Source: Octopus sinensis
Lineage: Eukaryota
NCBI RefSeq assembly: GCF_006345805.1
Contig: NC_042997.1
Coordinates: 93,496,001-93,560,000, forward strand
Length of the DNA stretch: 64,000 bases
Direction: 5' to 3'
Made by a program: the position numbers and the translations under genes. Each line of letters opens with the position of its first letter. Position 1 is the first letter of the stretch. A model generated the notes under the pieces. The model was given only the letters and a program-made list of their open reading frames with translations, did no database searches and had not been told where the DNA came from. This document shows positions 41,778 through 49,320 of this stretch, one piece after another.

Positions 41778-43628
41778 TTCTCTTTCTCTGCATGTATGTG
41801 GCAGGTGTATGGTGTGTGAGTGTGTAGCTATATATAAAACAATAAGCATCACTCTTTTCAAGCCTGTGGTGTATGTGTACCCCCCAGCTGGACCGGACAG
41901 CAGTCCATCGTAGCATTGCTCAAGAAACAGGAAGAGAGAGTGAGAGAAAGTTGTGGTGAAAGAGTACAACAGGGGGCGCCACCACCCCCTGCTGGAGCCT
42001 CATGGAGCTTTTAGGTGTTTTCGCTCAATAACACACACAATGCCCGGTCTGGGAATCGAAATCGTGATCCTATGACCGCAAGTCTGCTGCCCTAACCACT
42101 GAGTCATTGCACCTCCAAAAAATATGGAATGCTGGTAGGATTGTCAACACAGTAGACACAATGCTTAGTGGCATTTCTTTTGGCTCTTTATGTTCTGAAT
42201 TCAAATTCTGCTGTGGTTGATTTTGCCTTTCATCCTTTCAAGGCCAATGAAATAAGTACTAGTTAAGTATTGGTATCAATGAAATCAAATAACCCTCTCA
42301 CCCAAAATGTCAGGCTCTGAGCCTATAGTTAAAATAATTATTTTATATGATGTTATAACGATTTCTACTCTGGAAATGAGCAATATCATAGAGTATATGT
42401 GAGCACTTGATCCTTTCATTTCAAATCTGCTCTTCATTCTCTTAACTGATTGCATTGCTAATTCCTATTGGAAATGAATTTATACTAGAATTGCTTTCTC
42501 TCCACTCTCAAATTTAATAGGACTAAAAAAAAGAACCTATTTGTTAGAAACTGTCAATAACAAAATATGAAGCAAAAAATACAATCTTTTACTGAGTGAC
42601 TCATTTCACATTTATTTGAAATATATAGAGCATTCAACTGAGTAGCTATTTCTTGTTTTGGGGAGTTTAATGTTTTATTTCATATATTTATACTTACTGA
42701 GCATGTAGAATAGCTGTTAACTCTTCTAACACATTTGTATAATTTCAGGATAGTCACAATACTACCCTGCAATACTCTATCCCTAAGAACACTTCTAAGG
42801 TTGCAAATATATTTGAAGTACTGGAAAAAGGAAAGAATCTCTTTGCTATTCAAGATTATGCTGTATCACAAACAACATTAGATATGGTAAGTAAATTAAC
42901 TTATTTAATAAATAACATTATAAATAAAAATCTTAAAAAGATATATTCTTGAAGAAATAACAATTAAAATACTTCTAAATCCAAAATGAATTAAAATAGA
43001 AGTCATACATGTCTATTGAAGATAATGAAATTAAAGTATGTCTCATCAAATATTATTAAGATCTTATAAAGAGATTGGATTGGCAGGGATCATCTGTGTA
43101 TTCAACAAAATGCTTTGCAGTGTTTTTTTATCTCTTTTCATTCCGTGTTCTAGTACTTATATTATAAATTATCAATATGCTGCCGTTTGTTGATATGGAA
43201 GCATTTATTTCCATATGAATGAGAAAACATAGTAATCTTTATAACTTTCACCAAGGTGTTTCATGGTCGGGTTCAAGACCAATTAAGAGCCTTGACAAAG
43301 GGCATTGACAGAGCTGGCATGAGTAAAATATAACAGATTACAAAACAAGCAATTTAATTTAGTTAATTCTCAAAATTTAGTTAATTGTTTGGTTTAACTT
43401 TTAATGAATAATTTTTTTTTTGTTTTTAAATCTTTTTACATGGATTGTTCATTTTGATTTTTCTAGGTCTTTCTGGGTTTTACAAAGGAGCAAACAGATG
43501 GTTTTGTTGACGAAATTGATGAGGAAGACTATCCAGCATATGCATATGACCACAAAGCTTTTAGCCTTGAACCTGAGATGTTATACAGTGATCCAAAGCT
43601 AAAATACACCCAGACTTCTAATTTATAA
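1761..43628 (+). CDS. ABCA12-like: ABCA-subfamily ATP-binding cassette lipid transporter, 3' 34 coding exons (5' end outside the window); ABCA12/ABCA13-like
   Basis: Exons joined by hand at AG/GT sites with consistent phases, 4937 nt ending in TAA. NBD1: [44 protein letters not shown]2: [46 protein letters not shown] hallmarks [68 protein letters not shown] resembles ABCA12 as recalled; orthology needs a phylogeny. Confidence 0.95.
2517..2702 (+). CDS. ABCA exon 2 (ECD1 end)
   Basis: ttgtag| and |gttagt; YWRPRPED...[14 protein letters not shown]...[10 protein letters not shown]; phase 2 to 2. Confidence 0.93.
2931..3165 (-). mobile_element. tRNA-derived SINE (GGCGAGCTGGCAGAA family)
   Basis: 14-bp TSD TACTTTACAATACC at 2917-2930 and 3166-3179; B-box GTTCAAATTCC; many copies in the window. 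Confidence 0.88.
3608..3725 (+). CDS. ABCA exon 3 (TMD1)
   Basis: ttttag| and |gtaagt; [30 protein letters not shown]; phase 2 to 0. Confidence 0.92.
5001..5191 (+). CDS. ABCA exon 4 (TMD1)
   Basis: ttccag| and |gtaagt; [16 protein letters not shown]...; phase 0 to 2. Confidence 0.92.
5750..5888 (+). CDS. ABCA exon 5 (TMD1)
   Basis: ttctag| and |gtaagt; [28 protein letters not shown]; phase 2 to 0. Confidence 0.92.
6061..6265 (+). CDS. ABCA exon 6 (TMD1)
   Basis: tttcag| and |gtaagt; [27 protein letters not shown]...[11 protein letters not shown]; phase 0 to 1. Confidence 0.93.
6876..7117 (-). mobile_element. tRNA-head SINE, core Y (GTTCTTGAGCAA) with tail 1
   Basis: Head GGAGGTGCATAGCTTAGTAGTTAGGG; tail homologous to the 13077-13402 copy. 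Confidence 0.75.
8803..8919 (+). CDS. ABCA exon 7
   Basis: ttgcag| and |gtaagt; [17 protein letters not shown]; phase 1 to 1. Confidence 0.92.
9730..9873. mobile_element. Mariner-type MITE
   Basis: TA-flanked TIRs TTAGGTTGTCCAAAAGTTCGTA and TACGAACTTTGGGGATAACCTTA. Confidence 0.8.
9985..10162 (+). CDS. ABCA exon 8 (NBD1 Walker A)
   Basis: tataag| and |gtaagt; [11 protein letters not shown]...[17 protein letters not shown]; phase 1 to 2. Confidence 0.93.
10443..10674 (-). mobile_element. tRNA-derived SINE (GGCGAGCTGGCAGAA family)
   Basis: Colinear with 2931-3165; short TSD CCTTATTT. Confidence 0.85.
10801..11068 (+). mobile_element. RTE 3'UTR fragment with (GAT)n tail
   Basis: GGCACGTAAAAAGCACC...GGAAGGGCATCCAGC...CATGGAAAGCGGACGCTAAACGATGATGATG. 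Other copies at 8625-8768(+), 36517-36710(+), 20640-20870(-), 32780-33090(-) and 40128-40250(-). Confidence 0.85.
11249..11368 (+). CDS. ABCA exon 9 (NBD1 Q-loop)
   Basis: tttcag| and |gtaagt; NMLTGL...[12 protein letters not shown]; phase 2 to 2. Confidence 0.92.
11927..12010 (+). CDS. ABCA exon 10
   Basis: ttacag| and |gtgagt; [14 protein letters not shown]; phase 2 to 2. Confidence 0.9.
13077..13402 (-). mobile_element. tRNA-head SINE, core X with tail 1, no U6
   Basis: 13-bp TSD TAAGTCATGCTGT at 13064-13076 and 13403-13415; begins GGAGG. Confidence 0.9.
13526..13722 (+). CDS. ABCA exon 11 (NBD1 signature and Walker B)
   Basis: ttccag| and |gtttgt; [15 protein letters not shown]...[25 protein letters not shown]; phase 2 to 1. 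Confidence 0.94.
14706..14932 (+). mobile_element. tRNA-derived SINE (GGCGAGCTGGCAGAA family)
   Basis: Colinear with the other copies; an empty-site paralogue is present at 15706-15860. Confidence 0.88.
15152..15324 (+). CDS. ABCA exon 12 (NBD1 H-loop)
   Basis: cttcag| and |gtatgt; [26 protein letters not shown]; phase 1 to 0. Confidence 0.93.
16406..16620 (+). mobile_element. Mariner-derived MITE retaining the transposase 3' end
   Basis: TIRs CAAGGGGTTCTGAAGAGTTCCTG and CAGGAACTTTTCAGCATCCCTTCA; internal residues resemble a mariner C-terminus (LEKL..CNKCV.L). Confidence 0.7.
16650..16870. mobile_element. Foldback MITE with ~97-bp arms
   Basis: 16650-16746 is the reverse complement of 16774-16870; ends TAGTGGGG / CCCCACTA in a TA-like context. 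Confidence 0.8.
17228..17255 (+). CDS. ABCA exon 13, 28-nt micro-exon
   Basis: Long polypyrimidine tract, ttctag| and |gtaagt; GSANSLTAS; converts phase 0 to the phase 1 needed by exon 14. Confidence 0.75.
18597..18808 (+). CDS. ABCA exon 14 (regulatory domain 1)
   Basis: ttacag| and |gtaatg; ...[15 protein letters not shown]; phase 1 to 0. Confidence 0.93.
19388..19538 (+). CDS. ABCA exon 15
   Basis: ttctag| and |gtgagt; VFLQAREL...; phase 0 to 1. Confidence 0.9.
21421..21926 (-). mobile_element. tRNA-head SINE, core X with tail 2 (3' partner of the U6 chimera)
   Basis: Head GGAGGCGCAATGGCCCAGTGGTTAGGG...GGTTTCGATTCCC; tail shared with 30183-30495. Confidence 0.9.
21927..22034 (-). pseudogene. 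RNU6: Full-length U6 snRNA retrocopy
   Basis: Minus strand reads GTACTAGCTATGGCAGTACATATTCTAAAATTGGAACGATGCAGAGAAGATTAGCATGGCTCCTGTGCAAGGATGACATGCAAATTCGTGAAGTATTCCATATTTTTT. ACAGAGA box is mutated to GCAGAGA, CpG sites are decayed, and the copy lies inside a TSD. Confidence 0.95.
22171..22411 (+). CDS. ABCA exon 16 (TMD2 first helix)
   Basis: tttcag| and |gtaagt; [14 protein letters not shown]...ILLPCIFF...LRLSPALYG; phase 1 to 2. Confidence 0.92.
23039..23140 (+). CDS. ABCA exon 17 (ECD2)
   Basis: tttcag| and |gtatgt; SPGVGTTCM; phase 2 to 2. Confidence 0.88.
23423..23668 (+). CDS. ABCA exon 18 (ECD2)
   Basis: tttcag| and |gtataa; [10 protein letters not shown]...DFLQNLN...SEYLL; phase 2 to 2. 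Confidence 0.9.
24797..24969 (+). CDS. ABCA exon 19 (ECD2)
   Basis: ttacag| and |gtaaac; RYGGW...[24 protein letters not shown]; phase 2 to 1. Confidence 0.93.
25150..25340 (-). mobile_element. tRNA-derived SINE (same family), degenerate
   Basis: Shared core ATCGACCCCGAAAGGATGAAA. Further partial copies near 19715-20190, 26200-26335, 40660-40800, 42128-42350, 44610-44740 and 45085-45300. Confidence 0.75.
25497..26200 (+). mobile_element. 3' fragment of an RLE-type non-LTR retrotransposon (R4/Dong-like), degraded
   Basis: CRAC...[10 protein letters not shown] zinc knuckle, [11 protein letters not shown] and [10 protein letters not shown]...NRPDI motifs; ends in (AAT)n. Confidence 0.8.
26664..26724 (+). 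CDS. ABCA exon 20
   Basis: taacag| and |gtaagt; [12 protein letters not shown]; phase 1 to 2. Confidence 0.88.
27814..27991 (+). CDS. ABCA exon 21 (TMD2)
   Basis: tttcag| and |gtaagt; [14 protein letters not shown]...[17 protein letters not shown]; phase 2 to 0. Confidence 0.93.
28217..28332 (+). CDS. ABCA exon 22 (TMD2)
   Basis: atttag| and |gtgagt; [17 protein letters not shown]...ILLIFLFG; phase 0 to 2. Confidence 0.9.
29453..29600 (+). CDS. ABCA exon 23 (TMD2)
   Basis: gcgtag| and |gtaaac; [21 protein letters not shown]; phase 2 to 0. Confidence 0.92.
30183..30495 (+). mobile_element. tRNA-head SINE, core Y with tail 2
   Basis: Head GAAGGTGCATGGTTCAGTGGTTAGAG; tail CACTGGTGCCAAGCTGTATTGGCCTTTGCC as in the 21421 copy. 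Another core-Y copy lies at 33290-33500. Confidence 0.8.
31169..31416 (+). CDS. ABCA exon 24 (TMD2)
   Basis: ttatag| and |gtaaga; [13 protein letters not shown]...; phase 0 to 2. Confidence 0.92.
31860..32470 (+). mobile_element. Degraded mariner transposase remnant
   Basis: [14 protein letters not shown] and [23 protein letters not shown] motifs, with stops and frameshifts. Confidence 0.88.
32606..32726 (+). CDS. ABCA exon 25
   Basis: taacag| and |gtgagt; [12 protein letters not shown]...LRLTK; phase 2 to 0. Confidence 0.92.
33586..33654 (+). CDS. ABCA exon 26
   Basis: ttctag| and |gtatga; [23 protein letters not shown]; phase 0 to 0. Confidence 0.92.
34960..35066 (+). CDS. ABCA exon 27 (NBD2 Walker A)
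   Basis: aaacag| and |gtttgt; [21 protein letters not shown]; phase 0 to 2. Confidence 0.94.
36026..36167 (+). CDS. ABCA exon 28 (NBD2 Q-loop)
   Basis: atttag| and |gtaagt; [20 protein letters not shown]...ARIRGIP; phase 2 to 0. Confidence 0.93.
37186..37320 (+). CDS. ABCA exon 29 (NBD2 signature)
   Basis: aattag| and |gtaagt; [24 protein letters not shown]; phase 0 to 0. Confidence 0.93.
37440..37980 (-). mobile_element. 5'-truncated CR1-type LINE 3' end
   Basis: YSERL..LG..TLKLRRL..DL...KI and [17 protein letters not shown]; (ATT)n tail. Confidence 0.88.
38405..38838 (-). mobile_element. Full-length bipartite SINE (tRNA head, internal microsatellite, body, CCAGCATGGCC...GAAACAAGTAAAA tail)
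   Basis: Head GCATAGGAGTGACTGTGTTGTAAGTAGC, B-box GGTTCAGTCCC. Related pieces at 3822-4170, 8435-8520, 22540-22985, 35290-35665, 40490-40600 and 53250-53760. Confidence 0.85.
38960..39063 (+). CDS. ABCA exon 30 (NBD2 Walker B)
   Basis: tgttag| and |gtgagt; [16 protein letters not shown]...SVVLTSH; phase 0 to 2. Confidence 0.94.
40342..40434 (+). CDS. ABCA exon 31
   Basis: ttgcag| and |gtaagt; [30 protein letters not shown]; phase 2 to 2. Confidence 0.94.
41294..41399 (+). CDS. ABCA exon 32
   Basis: ttacag| and |gtaaac; FSKGYSL...FENFPGS; phase 2 to 0. Confidence 0.92.
41842..42116 (-). mobile_element. tRNA-head SINE, core X with tail 1, preceded by a U6 3'-end remnant (42117-42133)
   Basis: Colinear with 13077-13402; upstream on the minus strand is AGCATTCCATATTTTTT. 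Confidence 0.85.
42749..42886 (+). CDS. ABCA exon 33 (regulatory domain 2)
   Basis: tttcag| and |gtaagt; LQYSIP...[13 protein letters not shown]; phase 0 to 0. Confidence 0.93.
43467..43628 (+). CDS. ABCA terminal coding exon
   Basis: ttctag|; [11 protein letters not shown]...TSNL then TAA at 43626-43628. Confidence 0.92.
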   Translation, partial: VFLGFTKEQTDGFVDEIDEEDYPAYAYDHKAFSLEPEMLYSDPKLKYTQTSNL

Positions 43629-44572
43629 GAAAAACTTCACTTTAAATAATATTTCTTTTATTGGCTTTATACTATTTCCATTTTCTTTTCTTAAAATATT
43701 TCAAGATACATCAAAGGAGTAGAAAACAAAAATTGCCTCCTGTGATAACTATACAAATAACATATTCTAAGTTTTCAACTAATAGAACTTTTCTCTCAGA
43801 ACATTCAGTAAGCAGATTTGTTAGCATTATCTCAATAATGGTTGTATGAGTGCCAAAAAAAAAAAGCACTAAGGTAAACTCACTGTGTGTTTATGTTTCA
43901 ACCTTGTAACAATATTACTTCTGTCATATCACTGATGTCATTAACATCACACAAATTCATTTCCCTATGGGTTTCAGACCTGATGCCTATCTAAAAAAGA
44001 AAAAGAATAGATATCTAAGCTATACAACTATTGTTTTGCTGTGATTTCTCTCACTTACTGAATTAACAGAAATTAATTGAATCTACAGTACAATCATCAT
44101 TAACTCTTTGCATGATTTGTTCTGCTTTCTATCCAAACTACTTATCATTAAAATACCTTAAGAGAGATAATAATTTTATAAAAACTAACTGGTGTGTTTA
44201 GACCATTTTTTTTACTCCCATTTTCTCAAAAGCAAAAAAAAAATTTAAGATATTTTCAAAATTTTCCTAATGAAAGATAAAATGGTAATAAGGACATTAA
44301 CAGAACAATGAGAAGACCAAGTTGTTGTAGGAATATCTCTTCCATTTCTTTGACTGTATCTGTAAGTTAAAGATCAACTGAGTAAAATGTGTAAATATAT
44401 CCCTAATACTTCCTAAAAATCTAAAGAATTCTTTCTTGTAATATATAACCATATGAAGCTCAACTAATTGGCAAAATCAGTTTAAAATTGTTGTTGTTAT
44501 TTATTATTATCATTATCAATTTCTTTATATAAATATATATTAACAAATAGATAAGCCATTATTATTATTATA

Positions 44573-44605
<33 letters not shown>

Positions 44606-45039
44606 GTGTTGAACTGACAAGAACTAAAGTAACAAATGATACCTTCTAGTACTTTAGTTCGTTCCTCTACATTCTAAGTTCAAGTCCCTCCGGTGACAAA
44701 TTTTGCTTTCTTCCTTCCAGCCCAATAATAGAACTATTAGCATATAAGTACACTGTACTTCTTCAATATAAATTAGTATTCAATCAGTATATCACCAATA
44801 ATATTTTTTTACTTTAGTTATGCCCCTTTATATAATTAAATAACCTAGATTCATACAGTATTTCATTATTTCTCTTTTACATTCTATTATATCCCACTGG
44901 GGCCCAGCTTTCCCTTTCATCCTTCCAGGGTTTATAGAAATAAAATATTTGTACTGCAGTTCATTTAATCAACTAACACTTCCCACTAAGTATGTGACCC
45001 TGTGCTTATGCTAAAAATCATTATTATTATTGTCATTGC

Positions 45040-45086
<47 letters not shown>

Positions 45087-45765
45087 GGCAGCAATTTGGT
45101 AGAATTAGAATCGTTACCATGCCAGGGAAAATGCTGAGCAGTGTTTCATCCATCTTTACACTCTTAGTTCAAATTCCGCCAAGGCTGACTTCGCCTTTCA
45201 TCTTTTAGTGGGTTGATAAAACTGAGTACTGTGGTCGATATAATTAACTTGCCCCATCGCTTAAAACTTCAGGCCTTTTGCTTATAGTAGAAAAGATTTT
45301 TTTTATTATTATTTTTATTAAACCTTATTTGCAGATTACTGCTTATTAAATAAGATATAATCAAAGGTATAGATATAAACCTTACACACAGACACACACA
45401 CACACAAATTCCATGCACATACTTATACAGATATGAAAACATCAATGCTGCACAAATACTCACATACTTACACATACATACTATAATTTCTCCTCATCCA
45501 TATAAAGATTTTCATAATTTTTTTTACACATTTTTCTTTTTTGTTATCACTTGTATCATTCCTTTTCTTTTGGATATACTCCTCAGGTAGCATTTGATTG
45601 AATTTAATCTTTATTAGTTTCAAGTTTAATATTTTAATTAAAAAATACAAGCTCAATTAATAAAATTAACAAATTGATTTGATTTTTACTTTGAAACAAC
45701 TTGTAACATGTCTAAAGAAATCACATAAAACAAAAGTGAAATGATTCTGATTATTATTATTATTA

Positions 45766-45806
<41 letters not shown>

Positions 45807-48665
45807 CAATATATATTTTTACAAAAAGTACACTTTGGTTTTTGTTTTTTTTTTATATGCGTGTTGAATAAGTTTGTATAAGTTATGTATGATGAGAATG
45901 AAGTAGGCTGCAGAAATATACAAGAGTGGTCAAATTACCAAAGATGTCACATTTAGCAGAACAAAATATATTTAATTAACTAAAAAACATTATAGTTTTC
46001 TAAATAATGCTGCAGCATTAAATTTGAAACACTCTGGTTAAAATTTGAACTGGCTCTTATAAATTTTGAACCTCATAAAACACAGCATGCTATACAAACA
46101 AGCTCATCTAATAAGAGTCATGAAACTTGTAGTAGCTTGCATTTAAATTCTCTCTATATCAAATATATATATATATTTATGTATATATAAGGGTCAATAA
46201 TTTCTGCTAGCAGAAATGACACTGTGCCAAAGAGAGCATTCAAAACTAAATGCAAAATTATTAAGTGAAATTTCCTCCTTTTTTTTTTTCTGCTTCTGAA
46301 TTTGATATTGCTTAACATTGGTTGTAATACCACACAGACATTTTAACTCAAATCTAACCATATTCTTTGTGAGTTTCTCTATTAAATCACAGAAATTCAC
46401 TAATATATATATATATAATTATAACAGCTTTGTTCTGTTAAAGGTTCACAATATGAAGCTTTGAAGAGATCAGTAAAGATGCTTTTATGTAAAAATCATC
46501 ATACATTGCCTTACATTGTCCAGCTGAATCAATGCAATTTCTAAAAGAACTGATAATTCTTTATATTTTCATACAAAAATCTATGGGTCAACTGCATATT
46601 TTTATTGTTTACTTTGAAATAAATCCTTGTTTTTTTTTTAAACATAAATTGTTGTCTGCTTTATTTGATAAATTATAAACAAAAACAATCTTATTGCAAT
46701 CAATTTCACCCAAAATAACAAACTATAATGTAGAAGAAACAAAGTAACAAAGTCAGTGAGGCACTAATAACAGGTCTTGAGTTTGAAAATTAATACATAC
46801 TTAGTTCTATAAAAGTTCACCTTGTTCTTGTTGCAGCTGTGCCTGTATGTGTTGGTGCTGATATTGCTACTATTGTTGTTGGTGATGGTGATGCTGCTAC
46901 TGTTGTTTTTGTTCTCATCACCACTGTTGTTGTTACTGCTGTATACTGTTGTAGTGAAAATTCTAGTGTCTTTTATTATTTATTTTTTTAATAAGAGAAT
47001 GCTCTTAAGTGGCCTTCTGCACTACACATGTCCATCTGCTCTCAACTGCAACATACAGCTCCACTCCATTGGGCAGATTAATAAGTTCTGTGATCATTTT
47101 CACATCCTCCAGTTGATCCCAAATCAAAATTTCTTTTGCATTGAGAAGTATGCCAATGCTCTCCAAAGTAACACAAGCCAAAATTCACCTGATGCCCAAC
47201 CCAAGTGGAACTCTATCTTAATGCAACAAGTCCTTCTTAAATATGTTGAGTAGAGAGTGAGTTCCATGTTGCATATGGACACTTTGAAGTACTTTGGCAT
47301 AAGGGCTTCACTCTTGAAGAGGACTTCCACCTGGGCATGTGTTGCTGCTTCTTGGCACTGGACTTTTGCCAACACACAATGATACACCACTGTCTTCCAG
47401 ACAGCTGTGGCCAAAACCACAGCTAGGCTGGCAACTTGTACTCTCTGCCCAGTTATCTTCACAAGCCATATCACCTGCGTTAGGCACACTTCCTTGTCAA
47501 TTAGGGAAAGTGAAAAGTATTGTTTTGATTTCATCACTATTCCTACAAAAGATTACTTGCCTATAGAGTCCCCCTTACCACTTACTTTGTCATTTTTATT
47601 CTTGTTATTCCTGCTGTTTTTGTCATTTCTGTTGCTATCATCATAGTCGTCGTTGTTTCCTTCACTTTTGTATTTATTGCTACTGATACCGTTGTTGCTT
47701 GTAATGTTAAAAACCTTGTACTTAATTGTTGTCATTACATTTGCTGTTATTGTTGTAGCAGTTTATGCTATTGTTCCTGTTATTGTTGTTATAGTGCAAA
47801 TGTTCTCTCATAAAACTGGTACTTTCATGAGAAAATTTTCCTCCAACCACTTTGTTGAATATGACAATTTGTGTTACTACCACCATAATTCTAAATGAAA
47901 AAAAATAACACCTGCATTTTCGAGTAAAGTCTGGCAGTTTCCCTCTTCACCCAGTGAAGCAGGAGTCCTCATTTAAAATTTTAACCAAAATGTACAACAA
48001 TAAACATTATTTTCAACAAAATTTTGCAAATCTTTGAAAGCTGGTACAATATACATTTCAACTGTAGTAGCTATATTGATCATAGGAATCATTTGAGGAA
48101 TACTGATGTGCCTATCTTTCTATATTACATCAATGGTCATTCTGACATTAATAAAGGAGATAATATTAGTAATAACAACACAATAATACCAAATCAAGTA
48201 CCAGGCTTTGTTCACTTTATATAAATACTAGTTTAACTATTGATAGGAAATATAACACTAATAGTACTGACAGTAAATGTTGTTTAATATGAGATAAAAA
48301 ATAATGCCTCTGTAGAATTCCTGGTACATCTATCCTGTATGGTCATTGCTAGAGACATAGCATAGTATATAAATGTATTGTGCATTATACACAACAGAAT
48401 TCTACTAATATTTATATAGATGCATCGATTGACTTTAAGAGACAATTTCTATCCTATCTTCACTTGTTTGCTTCAGTAATACACTAAACTTCCACTTCAT
48501 GAGCTAATCACATAGCCATCTTAACAATAACATTCCCTATAATATTACTTGGTCCATTATTAAAATGAAAGACCCAGTCAGAGCGGCAGGCAGATCTGCA
48601 TGCAATCTCCGTTGCACAGAGTTTGTCAATATCTTAAAGGAAAGTTCTTACTGTCTTCTCAACCA

Positions 48666-49068
48666 CTATATATATATATATATAAAAGTGAGGTTGTGTG
48701 CTGTCTGTCTCCTACGATTTAGATTCCTAACTACTCCCACATTTTGCGGTGCAGTTTAACCAAAACCGGGTATCTTATAGTCGTGATTCATATCGAGCCC
48801 TTCTGGGTATTAGCGCACATCTACGATGAGTCTACGATTTTAAAAAAATTTACCATCAATTTTTCCCATTTTAATGCATTTTTGGCATATATAAGGGAAG
48901 TAACTCTCTAAAAATTTATTATTAAATCTCAGAACGTCAAAAGCTACAGTAACCCCCCCCCCCTTTGTGGTTAGCCATATTGAGATGGCTATTATACTTT
49001 ACATCTCTAAAAATGCTTATATAGTTATTTCCCTTACAAACCCGAGCAACGCCGGGCGATACTGCTAG
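48666..49068 (+). mobile_element. Non-autonomous Helitron-like element, copy 2
   Basis: Same 5' segment and the same hairpin-CTAG|T 3' end as 975-1491. Confidence 0.8.
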
Positions 49069-49320
49069 TATATATATATATATATATATATAGATAGATA
49101 GAGAGAGAGAGAGAGAGATAGTGAGAATTTACCAAAACAAAAACAAGACGAAGACAGGTGTGTAAACAACAAACAGATGTATTAGTTTAATGCTCAGGAA
49201 GTGAGGTTTTTTACATTTTGAGCCTACACTCTTCAACAGAAAGAAACACAGAAATATGAAGAGAGAGAAAATAAAATAGGTTTAGTGGCTAGTGATCTAT
49301 CATGGCGAATATATATATAT

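Noticed and set aside
43629-45000. ABCA polyadenylation site (AATAAA at 44939-44944)
   Set aside because: In sequence this AT-rich the hexamer is uninformative without transcript data.
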